Source: Octopus sinensis
Lineage: Eukaryota
DNA: 64,000 nt
Assembly (NCBI RefSeq): GCF_006345805.1
Contig: NC_042998.1
Coordinates: 62,868,001 to 62,932,000 of the forward strand
Direction of reading: 5' to 3'
Shown here: positions 27,328 to 39,903 of the stretch, one piece after another
How positions within the stretch are numbered: the first letter of the stretch is position 1
Layout: the number at the start of each line of letters is the position of its first letter
Notes under the pieces: generated by a model
The model's input: only the letters and a program-made list of their open reading frames with translations
Told to the model about the DNA's origin: nothing
Database searches by the model: none
Program-made: the position numbers and the translations under genes

Positions 27328-28659
27328 GTGTCTTTAAGTGATTGAATACTAAATAGTCGTGCGACCCATCTCTGGATGTGGTCTGGAATATCTGTGTTTG
27401 TAGGTGTTATAACAGCACCATCCAGAAGTGGGAGTAGAAGTCCTTAGTGAGTCTCACTTGAACTTTGTGGCGTATCAGCAGCTGTTGAGGGTTGAAAACT
27501 TTTATGGACCCCAAGAAAAGTACTGTTCTTTGAATGTTAACACAAACCACGTGGTTGGGACGCAAACTTCTCAAGCAAACAGCTACTCCTGCGTCAATAT
27601 TTCGATTTTATCATTAAAATGGTTAGGGATCGGACCGACTATTGTTCCAGAAAATAATGTGAGCTGTATCTTGAAGTTTTACATTCCATCCTACGGTGCT
27701 CCGCTTCACTGAACTCGAAATGGTTACAAACAATAGTCGGGGTAAACTCTGCAATGATCTTGTGCTTCTTTTCGAAGGGGAGTATATGTGACTGAGAATT
27801 TTGAGGTAGTGGAATTAAGAATTTCAATTCTTAGCTATTTTGTCTGATTTTCGATCCCACATCGCAGTTCTTTAGATAAAGGGTCCTCCATCAAAGACTC
27901 AGACTCTTTTAAGTGAATCCTAGTATGCATAAGTTTAGTTGTATCTCGTCGCAAGAACGCTTCCCCCGCTTTGTTTGAGAATTCGTTTATTTTGACACCA
28001 TCGACTTCTTATGGATCATTTTAACGGAGTTCCTTCTTTGATAATATTCGAGTCAGACCTCCCTTCTTCAGATAGCTTCTCTCCCTCTCTCTTTTTCTTT
28101 CTTTCTTTCTTTCTTTTGTCTCTTCCCACATTTTCGGAAACGCTGAAAATTGTAACATCACTGTTTTTCACTGTTCAGAATAAACCATTAAAATTACCCA
28201 TCCTGCAGTTTCATGTGTTGGTCTTACCAGCATTTAGATACGATTCGATTTACGGAGAGGCTAACAGAATACGTCCTTGAGCAAATCATTTCATTCAACC
28301 GTGCTTATGTTCACTCGACTAAAAAAAAAAGTCGTATCAGAGGCACTTGGGTGTTAATTCTGCAATGGAGTGGGGTGTCGCTTGGCGACGAATATTCTAC
28401 AGAAAAGAATCAGAGGGTAGACAGCGCGCCCATGGGAGAGAGGTTAGTGTCTCTAAATGATTGAATACTAAATATTCGTGTGGCACATTTCAGGATGTGG
28501 TCCGGGATATCTGTGCTTGTAGGTGTTATAACAACACCATCCAGAGGTGAGGGTAGCAGTTCTCAGTGAGTCTTACTTGAGCTTTGTCGAGTATCAGCAG
28601 CTGGTGAGGGGTGAAAACTTTTATGGTTCTCAAGAGAAGTACTGTTCTTTGAATGTTAA
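27328..28659 (+). repeat. Diverged 213-bp direct repeat pair (27328-27540 and 28447-28659)
   Basis: Colinear from gtgtct.taa.tgattgaatactaaata to aagtactgttctttgaatgttaa, with many substitutions. Confidence 0.85.
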
Positions 28660-31157
28660 AGAAGAGGTTTTTTTTTCCCGGACAAGTCTACTGTAATAGC
28701 TCTCTGTTACAGTAGACTTCCGTCAAAGAAGAGTAGGTGTCGCACGGGGTCACACAAATATCGAGATCTGAATATTGATTAGGGCTCAACTAAGACATCC
28801 ATATCTCGGTCACATGCTAACAGTGAAGTTCTAAGTAATATCCGTTCCAATGGCATGAAAAATGTAGATGAAATAAAATGCCTAGATTTCATCAAGGGAT
28901 CGAATATGGCTGACCGTATCTATCTCTAGGGGAACCAATAGATTTTTTAATGTTTAATCTACTTTTATATTTTATAGAATATCGGTGGCAGGGTGAGGTG
29001 TGCAGAGTCAAACCTCACGTTGGTTGAGGCAGACACTCTTTTTCGACAATTGATTAAAGCACGCTTACTTAGATCATTAATGCTGTCAGAATATTCATAA
29101 ACGCTACACTTTTTCATTCCCCTTCTCTCGTCACACATATAATACCTTCGTCTCCTGTCAAAAGTAATTCAATACTTCTCAATGATTTCTGATTGACTCG
29201 ATTTATTCAACCTTATTCGCTGCAATTCTTGTCCCACTATTTATAGAGAACCTTTTATATTTCCGATACCAGCAGCTATTGGTGTTTACTGCAGATGGGG
29301 AACGTTAGATAATCCAATATCACTGAGCTGAAATCGTAATATATATATATATATGTGCGTGTGTGTGTGTGTATATATATATATATATGTATGTGTATAT
29401 ATATATACATAAATATATATATGTAATATATATATAATATATAATATATATATATAATTATTATTATATAATACACATATATATGTATATGTATATATGC
29501 ACATGCATATATATACATAGATCTATATATTTATGTATATGTATATGTATATGTATATATGTGTATCGTGTATATATGTACATGCATATATATACATAGA
29601 TATATATATATGTATGTATATGTATATGTATATATGTATATATGTACATACATACATATACATACACTCATATGTGTATGTATGTGTGTGAAAAGAAAGA
29701 AAAAATATCAGCCAATACGAAATAGTATTGAATTGGTTAATTTCTGAAATGGTCTTTTATTTCGGTAGGTGTTTTAACCCTACAATCAGATCTGCACGAA
29801 TAATAAAGGCAGTATTTGTCTCTTTCATATGGCACCTAATTAGTACATCGATAAAATAGAGACAAAAAATAAAAATAAAAATAACGTAGCTAAACATGTC
29901 AGCACATGACAAATATCCACTGCACTAATTGTGACCAATATAAAACTTTGTATAAGCATTAGATTTGAAAGTACTATGGAGAGAAAGAAACGAAATGTGA
30001 ATACATCTGTCTCTGTCTCGTTACAAAACGTCCCTCTTGTTATTCCCTCACCATCACCAACTGACAAAAACCAATATGGCCGTACTCTACATGTCAATGC
30101 CTCTGGTAACATTAGATATATCAATAATGAAAGACGCAAAAGAAAACCGGGAATAAAAAAAGGATAGGAAGAAAGTGAAAGAGAAAATATAGCAAAACAA
30201 AAAAAATTGCTATTGGATGTCTGGAAAAGAAATTACAAGATAAAATTCCTATTGAATTTTCTTTATGAAGTATCTTGCGTCAGTGTTACCGTAGACTTAT
30301 ATTTCGTTATATAGAGAATTAAAGATTTATTTGGACATTTCCACAAAGTCGATTAGATTAGGCAAGTATATCGATTACTATAAGCCATCACCCACACCTT
30401 TACATATAGAAGAAAATTTCATTACAGTTGAAAGTATTTTATTTTTATTTTTATATTGTTTTTTTGTTTGCTATTATTGTTATTATTATTTTTCTATTTT
30501 GTCATTGCAAATAATTCAAATAATCTATAATAAGTAGATTGAAGAATAAAGAAAGAATAACAAAATAATAAAAATATAGCATGCATTAACATGAAATAAT
30601 AATACTAATAATAATGATAATGATAATAATAATATAATAATAGTAATGATGATGATAACGACGATGATGATGATGATGATGATGATGTGAAGAAAATAAA
30701 TAAAAGAGCGAAATGGCAAATTGATGTCTGCGTCATTCAACTGATGAACTTTGTCTTCAGAGAATAAAAGTTCAAATCCAGTCTGGTGCAAAAGTTCGCA
30801 ATGTCGTTGAAATTTCCTCTGACTTACTGAGTTAATAAACGTGAATTCTTCGGAGATGATTAAAGTCGGAATAGAATAGAACCGAACAGAACAGAAACGA
30901 GAAAAAAAGTCAATCGTCACTATGGTAGATAGTTAGATAGATATGAATGTAAGGTGATTATTTTGAATGGAGTAGAAGTCTAAATGTCATGTTTTTACGC
31001 GGAGAGGGTTTTCGCCCTCTACTCAGCCAACCCCATTTAGTTTCCAGAATTTAATATTGTTACTGTTGCTGTTATTGCTGCTGCTGCTGCAGCTGCTGTT
31101 GTTGTTGTTGAATATCTCTTGGCCAAACTTAATTCTTATCATTTATCTTTTACGATA

Positions 31158-31656
31158 TTCCGTCATTGGGCTACGGTCATGCTGGGGCAACATCTTGAAG
31201 GCTTTTAGTCGATCCCAGTTATTACTCATATATTTTATTTTGAGTTATGATACTTATTTTATTGGTCACTTTTGTCAAACCGCTAGGTTACGGGTACATT
31301 ATCAAACCAGCACTGGTTGTCAAGTGGTGGATGGGGGACAAGTGCAGACACAAAGACACTCTTCCCCCCCAGACGCACGCGTGCACCCCCATATATATAT
31401 ATATAATATAATATTTATAATATATATATATATATATCTATATAATATATATATATATAACTATTATATATATATATATGGTATATATACACGTCGGGTT
31501 TCCATACAATCTTCGTCTACCAAATTCACTCACAAGGCATTAGTTTGCCCAGTGCTATATTAGAAAACACTTGTCCAAGGTGACGCGCAGTGAGACTGAA
31601 CCGAAAGCCACGTGATTTCTAACCGACCGTTTTAATCACATAGCCATGCCTGCACC
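31158..31656 (-). mobile_element. SINE family 1, full length, diverged
   Basis: Reverse of the head (ggtgcaggcatggctatgtg), body and tail, with a central (TA)n. Confidence 0.8.
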
Positions 31657-31869
31657 TTTAAAACCATGCCTGCGCCTATTCTTAGTTGAAAAAATCAAAT
31701 AACAACTTTTCTAGCGACTTTCAATAGAAAGGGAGATAACTTTAATGAAATCGAACATTCAGATTCATAGAAAATTGAATGCTGACAGGAACTTTCTGAA
31801 CTCAGTCAGAAAGGAAGTTGAGAGACACCTGCGTGTTTCAGTCGTATTATACCTCCTCAGTACGTATGT

Positions 31870-32010
31870 AGGGAGCTTTCTTCTCAACAGAGCTCAAACT
31901 TGGTTTATGAAAAAGGAGTTTCAAGATCAACTTGACTGTATGTACACTAGGCTTCTCATGGCGCCTCAAGACATATCACGGCGTGAGCACAAGACTAAAG
32001 AAATGGCTCA
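31870..32010 (+). mobile_element. Degraded RTE-clade RT C-terminal fragment
   Basis: RAQTWFMKKEFQDQLDCMYTRLLMAPQDISRREHKTKE resembles the RTE ETWTL...LDGTYTRLL...ISWxxHxT motif. Confidence 0.55.
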
Positions 32011-33024
32011 GGTCCCCATTGGGTCTAGAGTTTCATTTGAGAAGTCTTTTAAGAGCTTATAGTTAATTTTAAGGCTAGGACTTCCCACGTCGTTTCTCTC
32101 TCAGTATTTTATAATTAAAATTTTGTTTTACATTTTGTTTACTGTTGTGACTCAAAGAAGGTTAGGAATTGCCGACCAATGTTAACGTGCTGCGCAATAG
32201 GCCGTACTTGGTGTTACGTTTTGGAGACTTCTGCATTCTAAAATAGAACTGGAAGCTATTCAATTGCATTGAAGTTACTCGCAGATTTACAGACAACATG
32301 AAATCTATTAAATCTTTGATCTAACAAATCTAGCGAGGTGACAGAGACACCTGCTGTGACAACGTGAAATTCATCTTGGTCGAGGTGACTTGGAAGGTGA
32401 AAAGAAAAACGACAATGACAAAGAGAAAGAAAAAAGGGTTAGTAGATGAAAAAAGATAAGATAAGAAGGGAAAGAAGTTAAACAAGGCCATGACGTCGAC
32501 GACGACGACGAAGAAGAAGAAGAAGAAGAAGAAGAAGAAGAGAAGAAGAAGAAGGGGAAGAAGGAGAACAAGAAAGGGAAGAAGGGGAAGAAGGGGAAGT
32601 AGGGGGAAAAAAGAAGGGGAAGGAGAGGGGAAAAAGAAGGAGGGGTAGAAGAAGAAGGGGAAGAAAGATGATGAAAGAGGAAAAAGAAAGAAGAAGAAGA
32701 AGAAAGAAGATGGGGGAGACGGGGAAGAAAAAGAAGCGGAAGGAGGGGAAGAAAAAAGAAGAGGAAGGAGAGAGCAGAAGAAGACAAGGACGTTGAAAAC
32801 AATGAGGAAGATGACGACGAAGACAAATAAGAAGAGAAGTCGAAGGTGGAAGTAAAAGAAGACAAAGAAAAAAGAAAGAAGGACAGACGATAAGAGGCGT
32901 AGCACAGTCTAAACAAGCCGGTGTGAGCAGGCGCAAGAATTTTGACAAGAAAGAAAAGATAAGAATATTCCTGGCTAATATGTGCATAATTAAGCAAACA
33001 AACTAGCAAAATGATAATTAATAA

Positions 33025-33160
33025 AGGCGCAGAAGAGGCTGTGTGGTAAGTGGCTTGCTTACCAACCACATGTTTCCGGGTCCAGTCCCATTGCGTGGCA
33101 ACATGGCAAGTGTCTTCTGCTATAGCCTCGTAAGTGGATTTAGTAGACGGAAAGTGAAAG
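33025..33160 (+). mobile_element. SINE family 1, 5' half
   Basis: gctgtgtggtaagtggcttgcttaccaaccacatg...ggcaagtgtcttctgctatagcctcg. Confidence 0.8.
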
Positions 33161-33164
33161 CGGT

Positions 33165-33930
33165 TTCTTTACGTTTCGAGCCTACGCTCTTTCACAGAAA
33201 AGAACACAGAAAGAAACAAGGAGAGAAAATAAAGAATATGTAGTGGCTAGCGATCTATCATGGCGAATACCGGACAAAAGGGTCACACAGGAGATTTAGG
33301 AAGAAGGGTTGATAATAAAGTAGTGGTGATCCCAAAATGAAGGTGCGCGTGCGTGTATATAATAGAGCTGTATGTGCATGTGGAAGAGGGCTGGTGACCT
33401 TGACGTATACATGTGTATATGTGTAGGTGTGTGAATGTGGTCCTGGGAAGTGGTTAGTGCTACTGTGTGCGTGGTGGTGTGATGTGATGTGGTACTGTGT
33501 GGTATGGTGGTATATGGTGTAGCGTTGTGTTGTGTGGTGTGATGGTGCTGGGATGTGTGGGAGGCGAAAATGAGGAAAGCAATGGTGGGGTGCGGGTCAG
33601 GCTGAGGTATGGTAGAGGTGGGGTATGTGGGTAAGCTGAAGGTGGTGGTAGAAGTAGGGTAAGGGATTGTGTAGGGGTGGGATGGGATGGATAGAGAAGG
33701 TGGGGTTTGGATTGTATGGGGTAGGGTTACGAGGGAGGAGTGACGATGAACGGAGAGGGGAAAGATAGAAGGTGGGTAGGAGTGAACAAAAGAGAGAAGG
33801 AGAGTAGGAGTGAAGAGAAGTAGGAGTCGGAGCAAGAGAGAACAGGTGGGTGAGAGGAAGTGTTGTATGAGTGGGAGACAGGAGAGGGTAGGTGGTTAGA
33901 TGAAGAGGAGAGGAGAGTTGAACCCATGTG
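33165..33930 (-). mobile_element. Penelope-like terminal-repeat-type segment with a C/A-rich low-complexity tract and a degenerate minimal hammerhead-like motif (33165-33198)
   Basis: Minus strand ctgtgaaa-gagc-gtag-gctc-gaaa-cg-ta: stem II and GAAA intact, core mutated. Block 33241-33350 recurs at 34300-34410. Confidence 0.45.
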
Positions 33931-33931
33931 A

Positions 33932-34196
33932 CGCCAACATCCCTTGACAATCGATACTGGTGTGTTTACGTCCCAGTAACCTAGCGTTTCGGCAAAGCGA
34001 AGGATAGGATAATTACTAGTCTTATAAAGTATAGGCGTGGGAGTGGCTGTGTGGTAAGTAGCTTGCTTACCAACCACATGGTTCCGGTTTCAGTCCCACT
34101 GCATATCACCTTGGGTAAGTGTCTTCTACTACAGCCTCGGGCCGACCAAAGCCTTGTGAATGGATTTGGTAGACGGAGAATGAAAGAAGCCAGTCG
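33932..34196 (+). mobile_element. SINE family 1 pieces (3' fragment 33932-34030, then 5' half 34032-34196)
   Basis: Homology to the other copies. Confidence 0.75.
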
Positions 34197-34265
34197 TACC
34201 CAAAGTAGGGAATATGATTCCAAAACTTACAATCAAATTTCACAATATATACTATATGTATAAAA

Positions 34266-34841
34266 TTTAGAGAAAAACCTCTATTAAACGATTCAATGTG
34301 TAGTAGCTAGCGATCTATCATGGCGAATGCCGGACAGAGGGTTCACGCAGGAGAGCTAGGAAGAAGGGGATATAATAAAGTAGTGGTGATTCCAAAATGA
34401 ATGTGTGTGTGACTGGGAGAGAGAGCGAGAAGAGATAGGGAGAGACAGAGACATATATATATATTTCTGATTGTATGACGTGTATTTGTATATATTTATG
34501 TCTATGCATACATATATGTAGGTATGTAGCCAAATGTATATGCACGTATATACTTATGTTTGCGTGTATGTGTTTATGCATGTATGTATGTGTGTGCGTA
34601 TGTATGTATGCCTTATATTCTGATGAGTGATTATATCTTTAAATAGATATAATTTTAGATCGATTTAGTTTTAATCGATTTGATTTTATTATTATTAGCG
34701 ACGAAACGCGCGTAGTCTATTTACTAATCATTGTTTATGTACTCCCTTTTTAAAATAATGTTTTCTCTAGTATATTTAACCTTTTCTATATAGTGTGAAT
34801 AACGTCTTTCACCTTTGAATTGTTTAATAGAGGTTTTTCTC

Positions 34842-34845
<4 letters not shown>
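34266..34845. mobile_element. Module bounded by 31-bp inverted repeats (1 mismatch), with a partial hammerhead motif at 34620-34714
   Basis: tttagagaaaaacctctattaaacgattcaa / ttgaattgtttaatagaggtttttctctaaa. Internal CTGATGAG...CGAAACGCGCGTA, but stem I does not pair. Confidence 0.7.
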
Positions 34846-34892
<47 letters not shown>

Positions 34893-34934
34893 TATATTTA
34901 CGTATGTATATATGTTTATGTATGTATATATGTA

Positions 34935-35100
34935 TGTTTCTGTGTCTGCTTTCGTCTCCCCACTTTCGCCTGACAACGGATAGTATAAATTTTAAGCTTA
35001 GAAAGAATAAGTCCTGGGGTCAATTTACTTGACTAAAAGGCGTTGCTCCAGTATGACCACAGTCAAATGACTGAGACAAGTAAAAGGATAAAAGAATAAA
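34935..35100 (+). mobile_element. SINE family 1, 3' part
   Basis: aagaataagtcctggggtcaatt...ggcgttgctccagtatgaccacagtcaaatgactgagacaagtaaaag. Confidence 0.75.
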
Positions 35101-35764
35101 CGAATGTAAGTTTCACTGGAGATGGAATCATCCTGCTTAGAAGAGAAATTAGGTACTCGCTACCCAGAAAGTTTATAGCTATGGACACATTTAAATCTTA
35201 TTCCATTTTATCGCACAAAGCATTTTGTTTAGTTTTAACAGAGTTTCTAGTGCAAAACGGTGACTGTAATTACTTGAGGTGTCCACGCTATTGTTTGTTT
35301 ATATACCATCAGTTACAGCGCAGAAGGTGATATTGTTGGATAAATGGTGGCTGAATTTAGCTTGCTTTCGCTTATTAATGAGCCACTGTCGCCTCGGTCA
35401 ATACAACAACCCTGAACAGATATAATAACTTGAGAGAGTATACTTTTACGTGTAAACTTGCTTACATACTCAGATATGTGCATACAGACATACCGCACCA
35501 TACATGCAGACAAACTTAAATACAAACATATGTGAGACATAATTACATACACGTGTGTAATTATCTCTCCCTCTCCTGTCTACACACACACACACACACG
35601 CGCGCGCGTATATATACATATACATACATACATACAGACACACACACACATATATACATATACATACACACACATATATATATATATGTTTCTGATTGTA
35701 TGACGTGTGTTTTGTATATTTTATGTCTATGCATCAATATTAGGTATGTAGCCATATATAATAT

Positions 35765-35796
<32 letters not shown>

Positions 35797-36369
35797 ATGC
35801 ACGTATGTACTTATGTTTTGCGTGTATGTGTTCTGCATGTATGTATGTGTGTGCGTATGTATGTATGCATTATATTCTGATGTTTATGCATGTTTGAAGA
35901 CTAGAATTTAAGAGAAAAGTCTTGGTTGATTAAAATGAGACCATCGTATTATTGGTATTTATTTAATCAGAGCTAGAGGGGTGAATGGAAAAGACAATTA
36001 TGGCAGAAGTTTAATTAGAAACCAGTCGAGATGAAGACAAAATATGATATATTTAGTAATGGACTCATTAAGATATCACATCTACTCACAATCCACACAC
36101 ATTTACACACAGAAAAACACACAAAGACGGAGATATATAAGTCATAAAAAGTAGCTCCACACACACACCGGTAATTTCACACGTACACGCACACACACAC
36201 ACATACACACATTCACGCAAATATACAAATGTATATAGATGGTAGCTTGTCTTTAAAAAAAACATACATATACATACATGAATACATATACATATATGTA
36301 TATATATATGTATATAAAACATACATAAAACATATATATGTGTGTGTGTATATATATATATATATTTTT

Positions 36370-37046
36370 TCTAGTTTCAGCTCAGAGCTGCGGCCATGCT
36401 GATGCACCGCCGTTTTGTGCTACACTGTTATTACAACGAACCTCGTCTAATATGTGGCACTTGGTGAAGAATGGAGTTTGATACAGCTACTCTCATTTGC
36501 ACCTCTTGCTGTGAGGTAGGTTCATCTAAGACTCTTGACAGGAAGATGTCCAGCTTTGATTTAAAAACCGCTACATCTACTTTGTGCAAGTTCCTCAGAC
36601 TCTTTGGGAGAATATTAAAAAGCTGTTGGCCCTTGAAACCCAGCCTGTTGCAGAAGGTGGTCCTGAAGCGTGATGGCATTGCTGGGATCTTTGGCACTAT
36701 GCAGTGTCGTCCCGTTCTAGCATTGGTGTAGCTTACAATGCCAAAATTTGGCACAATTCCTTCCAGGATCTTCCAGACATATATTACTGCATACCTCTCC
36801 CGTCTTCTCTCCAGGGAGTAGAGTCTTAGCTGTTTCAACCTTTCCCAGTAGCTGAGCTGTTGCAAAGAGACGATCTTTGTGAATCTTCTCTGGATTGCTT
36901 CAAGGTCCGCTGTTAATTTTACACTGGTGGGTGACCATAGCTGTGAGCAGTAATCCAGGCGGCTGAGGACGAATGTCCGCCAGAGGACCATCGTGGTTTC
37001 CTTATCTCTGGTTCTGAATGTTCTTAGGATCCACCCAGCCAGTCGT
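36370..37046 (-). mobile_element. CR1-clade LINE 3' fragment (second subfamily)
   Basis: RLAGWILRTFRTRDKETTMVLWRTFVLSRLDYCSQLWSP...LYSLERRRERY; 3' tail gcagctctgagctgaaactag; (TA)n on both sides. Confidence 0.92.
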
Positions 37047-37391
37047 ACATATAGGTACATTCGTACGTGCATACACATATATATATAAATATATATATAT
37101 ATATATTTCAACAATTGGGGCAAAATTAATTAATTATTAATCAATTTCACCAAGTGTTCAGTATGCAAGGGACCATTCAAGGCGAATTCAAATTATACAC
37201 ATTATATAAAAGGGCTTAGTAAAATAAATTACTTTGCCGCATACTGAACTCATTAGAAATAGCAGCTAAAAAACTTTTTTAAAGCTATTTCTAATACTTA
37301 AAGAAAATCTCTCTCATATATAGTGTTTGCTTAATTCAACTCACAAAAGTTTGGGGGTAAGGACATCGAAAAATCAAATGCTAAGGTTATT

Positions 37392-37443
37392 TGAGAACGT
37401 ACGTTTCAAGATTAGTCAAAACAACATTTCTATCATCAGCTCA
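37392..37443 (-). ncRNA. Type I hammerhead-like motif, array copy 1
   Basis: TGAG-CTGATGA-[tagaaat...taatctt]-GAAA-CGTACG-TT-CTCA: 4-bp stem I, palindromic stem III AACGTACGTT, triplet GUU, weak stem II. Confidence 0.6.
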
Positions 37444-38081
37444 GAAATTCCTTGGTTTGGATTTGGAACACTGAAAATAAGAACATACCCTTTCGAAGAT
37501 CTGCTCGTAACTAACAGTGCCAACAAATTCAAATAAGCAAGCGAGAATCTCTCTGTTCTCCCCTTTCCACCAGCGTGGGTTAAAATCATCAAACACTATG
37601 CTTATTTCGGTAAAATCCGAAGCATTAATCAGAGGGAGATTAATTATTAAGCAAACACTATATATGAGAGAGATTTTCTTTAAGTATTAGAAATAGCTTT
37701 AAAAAAGTTTTTTAGCTGCTATTTCTAATGAGTTCAGTATGCGGCAAAGTAATTTATTTTACTAAGCCCTTTTATATAATGTAATAATTTGAATTCGCCT
37801 TGAATGGTCCCTTTGCATACTGAACACTTGGTGAAATTGATTAATAATTAATTAATTTTGCCCTCAATTGTTGAATTATAATTAATCTCCCTCTGATTAA
37901 TGCTTCGGATTTTACCGAAATAAGCATAGTGTTTGATGATTTTAAACCCACGCTGGTGGAAAGGGGAGAAAGAGATTCTTCGCTTGCTTATTTGAATTTG
38001 TTGGCACTGTTAGTTACGAGCAGATCTTCGAAAGGGTATGTTCTTATTTTCAGTGTTTCCAAATCCAAACCAAGGAATTTC

Positions 38082-38133
38082 TGAGCTGATGATAGAAATG
38101 TTGTTTTGACTAATCTTGAAACGTACGTTCTCA
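38082..38133 (+). ncRNA. Type I hammerhead-like motif, array copy 2
   Basis: Same motif as copy 1. Confidence 0.6.
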
Positions 38134-38622
38134 AATAACCTTAGCATTTGATTTTTCGATGTCCTTACCCCCAAACTTTTGTGAGTTGAATTAAGCAAAC
38201 ACTATATATGAGAGAGATTTTCTTAAGTATAGAAATAGCTTTAAAAAAGTTTTTTAGCTGCTATTTCTAATGAGTTCAGTATGCGGCAAAGTAATTTATT
38301 TTACTAAGCCCTTTTATATAAGGTAATAATTTGAATTCGCCTTGAATGGTCCCTTTGCATACTGAACACTTGGTGAAATTGATTAATAATTAATTAATTT
38401 TGCCCTCAATTGTTGAAATTATAATTAATCTCCCTCTGATTAATGCTTCGGATTTTACCGAAATAAGCATAGTGTTTGATGATTTTAACCCACGCTGGTG
38501 GAAAGGGAGAACAGAGATTCTTCGCTTGCTTATTTGAATTTGTTGGCACTGTAGTTACGAGCAGATCTTCGAAAGGGTATGTTCTTATTTTCAGTGTTTC
38601 CAAATCCAAACCAAGGAATTTC

Positions 38623-38674
38623 TGAGCTGATGATAGAAATGTTGTTTTGACTAATCTTGAAACGTACGTTCTCA
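38623..38674 (+). ncRNA. Type I hammerhead-like motif, array copy 3
   Basis: Same motif as copy 1. Confidence 0.6.
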
Positions 38675-38900
38675 TAACCTTAGCATTTGATTTTTCGATG
38701 TCCTTACCCCCAACTTTTGTGAGTTGAATTAAGCAAACACTATATATGAGAGAGATTTTCTTTAAGTATTAGAAATAGCTTAAAAAAGTTTTTTAGCTGC
38801 TATTTCTAATGAGTTCAGTATGCGGCAAAGTAATTTATTTTACTAAGCCCTTTTATATAATATATATATATATAATATATATATATATATTATATATAAA

Positions 38901-39308
38901 CTCTTTACTCTTTTACTCTTTTACTTGTTTCAGTCATTTGACTGCGGCCATGCTGGAGCACCGCCTTTAATCGAGCAACTCGAACCCGGGACTTATTCTT
39001 TGTAAGCCCAGTACTTATTCTATCGGTCTCTTTTGCCGAACCGCTAAGTGATGGGGACATAAACAACCCAGCATCGGTTGTCAAGCAATGCTAGGGGAAC
39101 AACACAGACACACAAACATATACACACACACTTATATATATATACATTATACGACAGGCTTCTTTCATTTCCGTCTACCAAATCCACTCACAAGGCATTG
39201 GTTGGCCCGGGGCTATAGCAGAAGACACTTGCCCAGATGCCACGCAGTGGGACTGAACCCGGAACCATGTGGTTGGTTAGCAAGCTACTTACCACACACC
39301 ACTCAGCC
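38901..39308 (-). mobile_element. SINE family 1, full length, with (AAAAGAGT)n tail
   Basis: Head, CORE-like block, central microsatellite, 42-nt CR1-like tail and terminal tandem repeat. Confidence 0.9.
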
Positions 39309-39749
39309 ATATATACCACACAGCATACCACAGCATATCATATATGTATATATATAACCACCTCATATAATATGTAAATTAGATTTTAAAATTTTCTTCC
39401 CTTCTTTTATTATCATCACAATCATATTCGTTTAAATTAGATTGAAGCGGACTTCTTTCAAATTTAGAACTCACTATACGAAATAAATAGGTTTATGTCC
39501 TCTTGTATAAAACTATCATCATATAAAACTATCATCACTATGATAGTTTCAATCGACAAATACAATTTCAGATAAAGGGTACAAAATACATACCAGCATA
39601 CATAGATCCACCACACACACACACACACACACATTCACAGTGGTGCACTCCATATATTTATGTAACATATATTCCTCGATACAAGAATAAGACAGCGTAA
39701 ACAACTTCCAAGATAGAACTACATACATATTACATACTTTAACTCACAA

Positions 39750-39793
39750 ATCACACTTGATAAATCCTTAGTTTGAAACGGCTGTAGTGAGAT
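39750..39793 (+). ncRNA. Hammerhead-like motif with U3-A8 core and decayed stem II
   Basis: Stem I atc-a-cac/gtg-a-gat, core TTGATAA, GAAA-C-ggct-G-TA; stem II has about 1 bp. Confidence 0.4.
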
Positions 39794-39867
39794 ACACTAA
39801 AACAAAAGTACAAAGTACGTGTTAATACCTCTCTCTCTCTATATATAGACATATATAATATATATAT

Positions 39868-39903
<36 letters not shown>

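Larger units (their letters stand above)
37106..38862. repeat. 541-bp unit array: one forward copy, then a fold-back into a head-to-tail array in opposite orientation; one hammerhead motif in each longer copy
   Basis: Forward 37106-37647; reversed partial 37647-37876, full ~37877-38418, partial ~38419-38862; period 541 (38082 vs 38623). Copies differ almost only by small indels. Confidence 0.92.

Noticed and set aside
32330-33950. Long ORFs (169-232 aa) on the minus strand
   Set aside because: They arise from purine-rich and GT-rich low-complexity tracts lacking stop codons; no domain motifs.
37106-38862. CRISPR-like or coding tandem gene array
   Set aside because: No repeat-spacer structure, and the short ORFs in the unit have no recognisable motifs.
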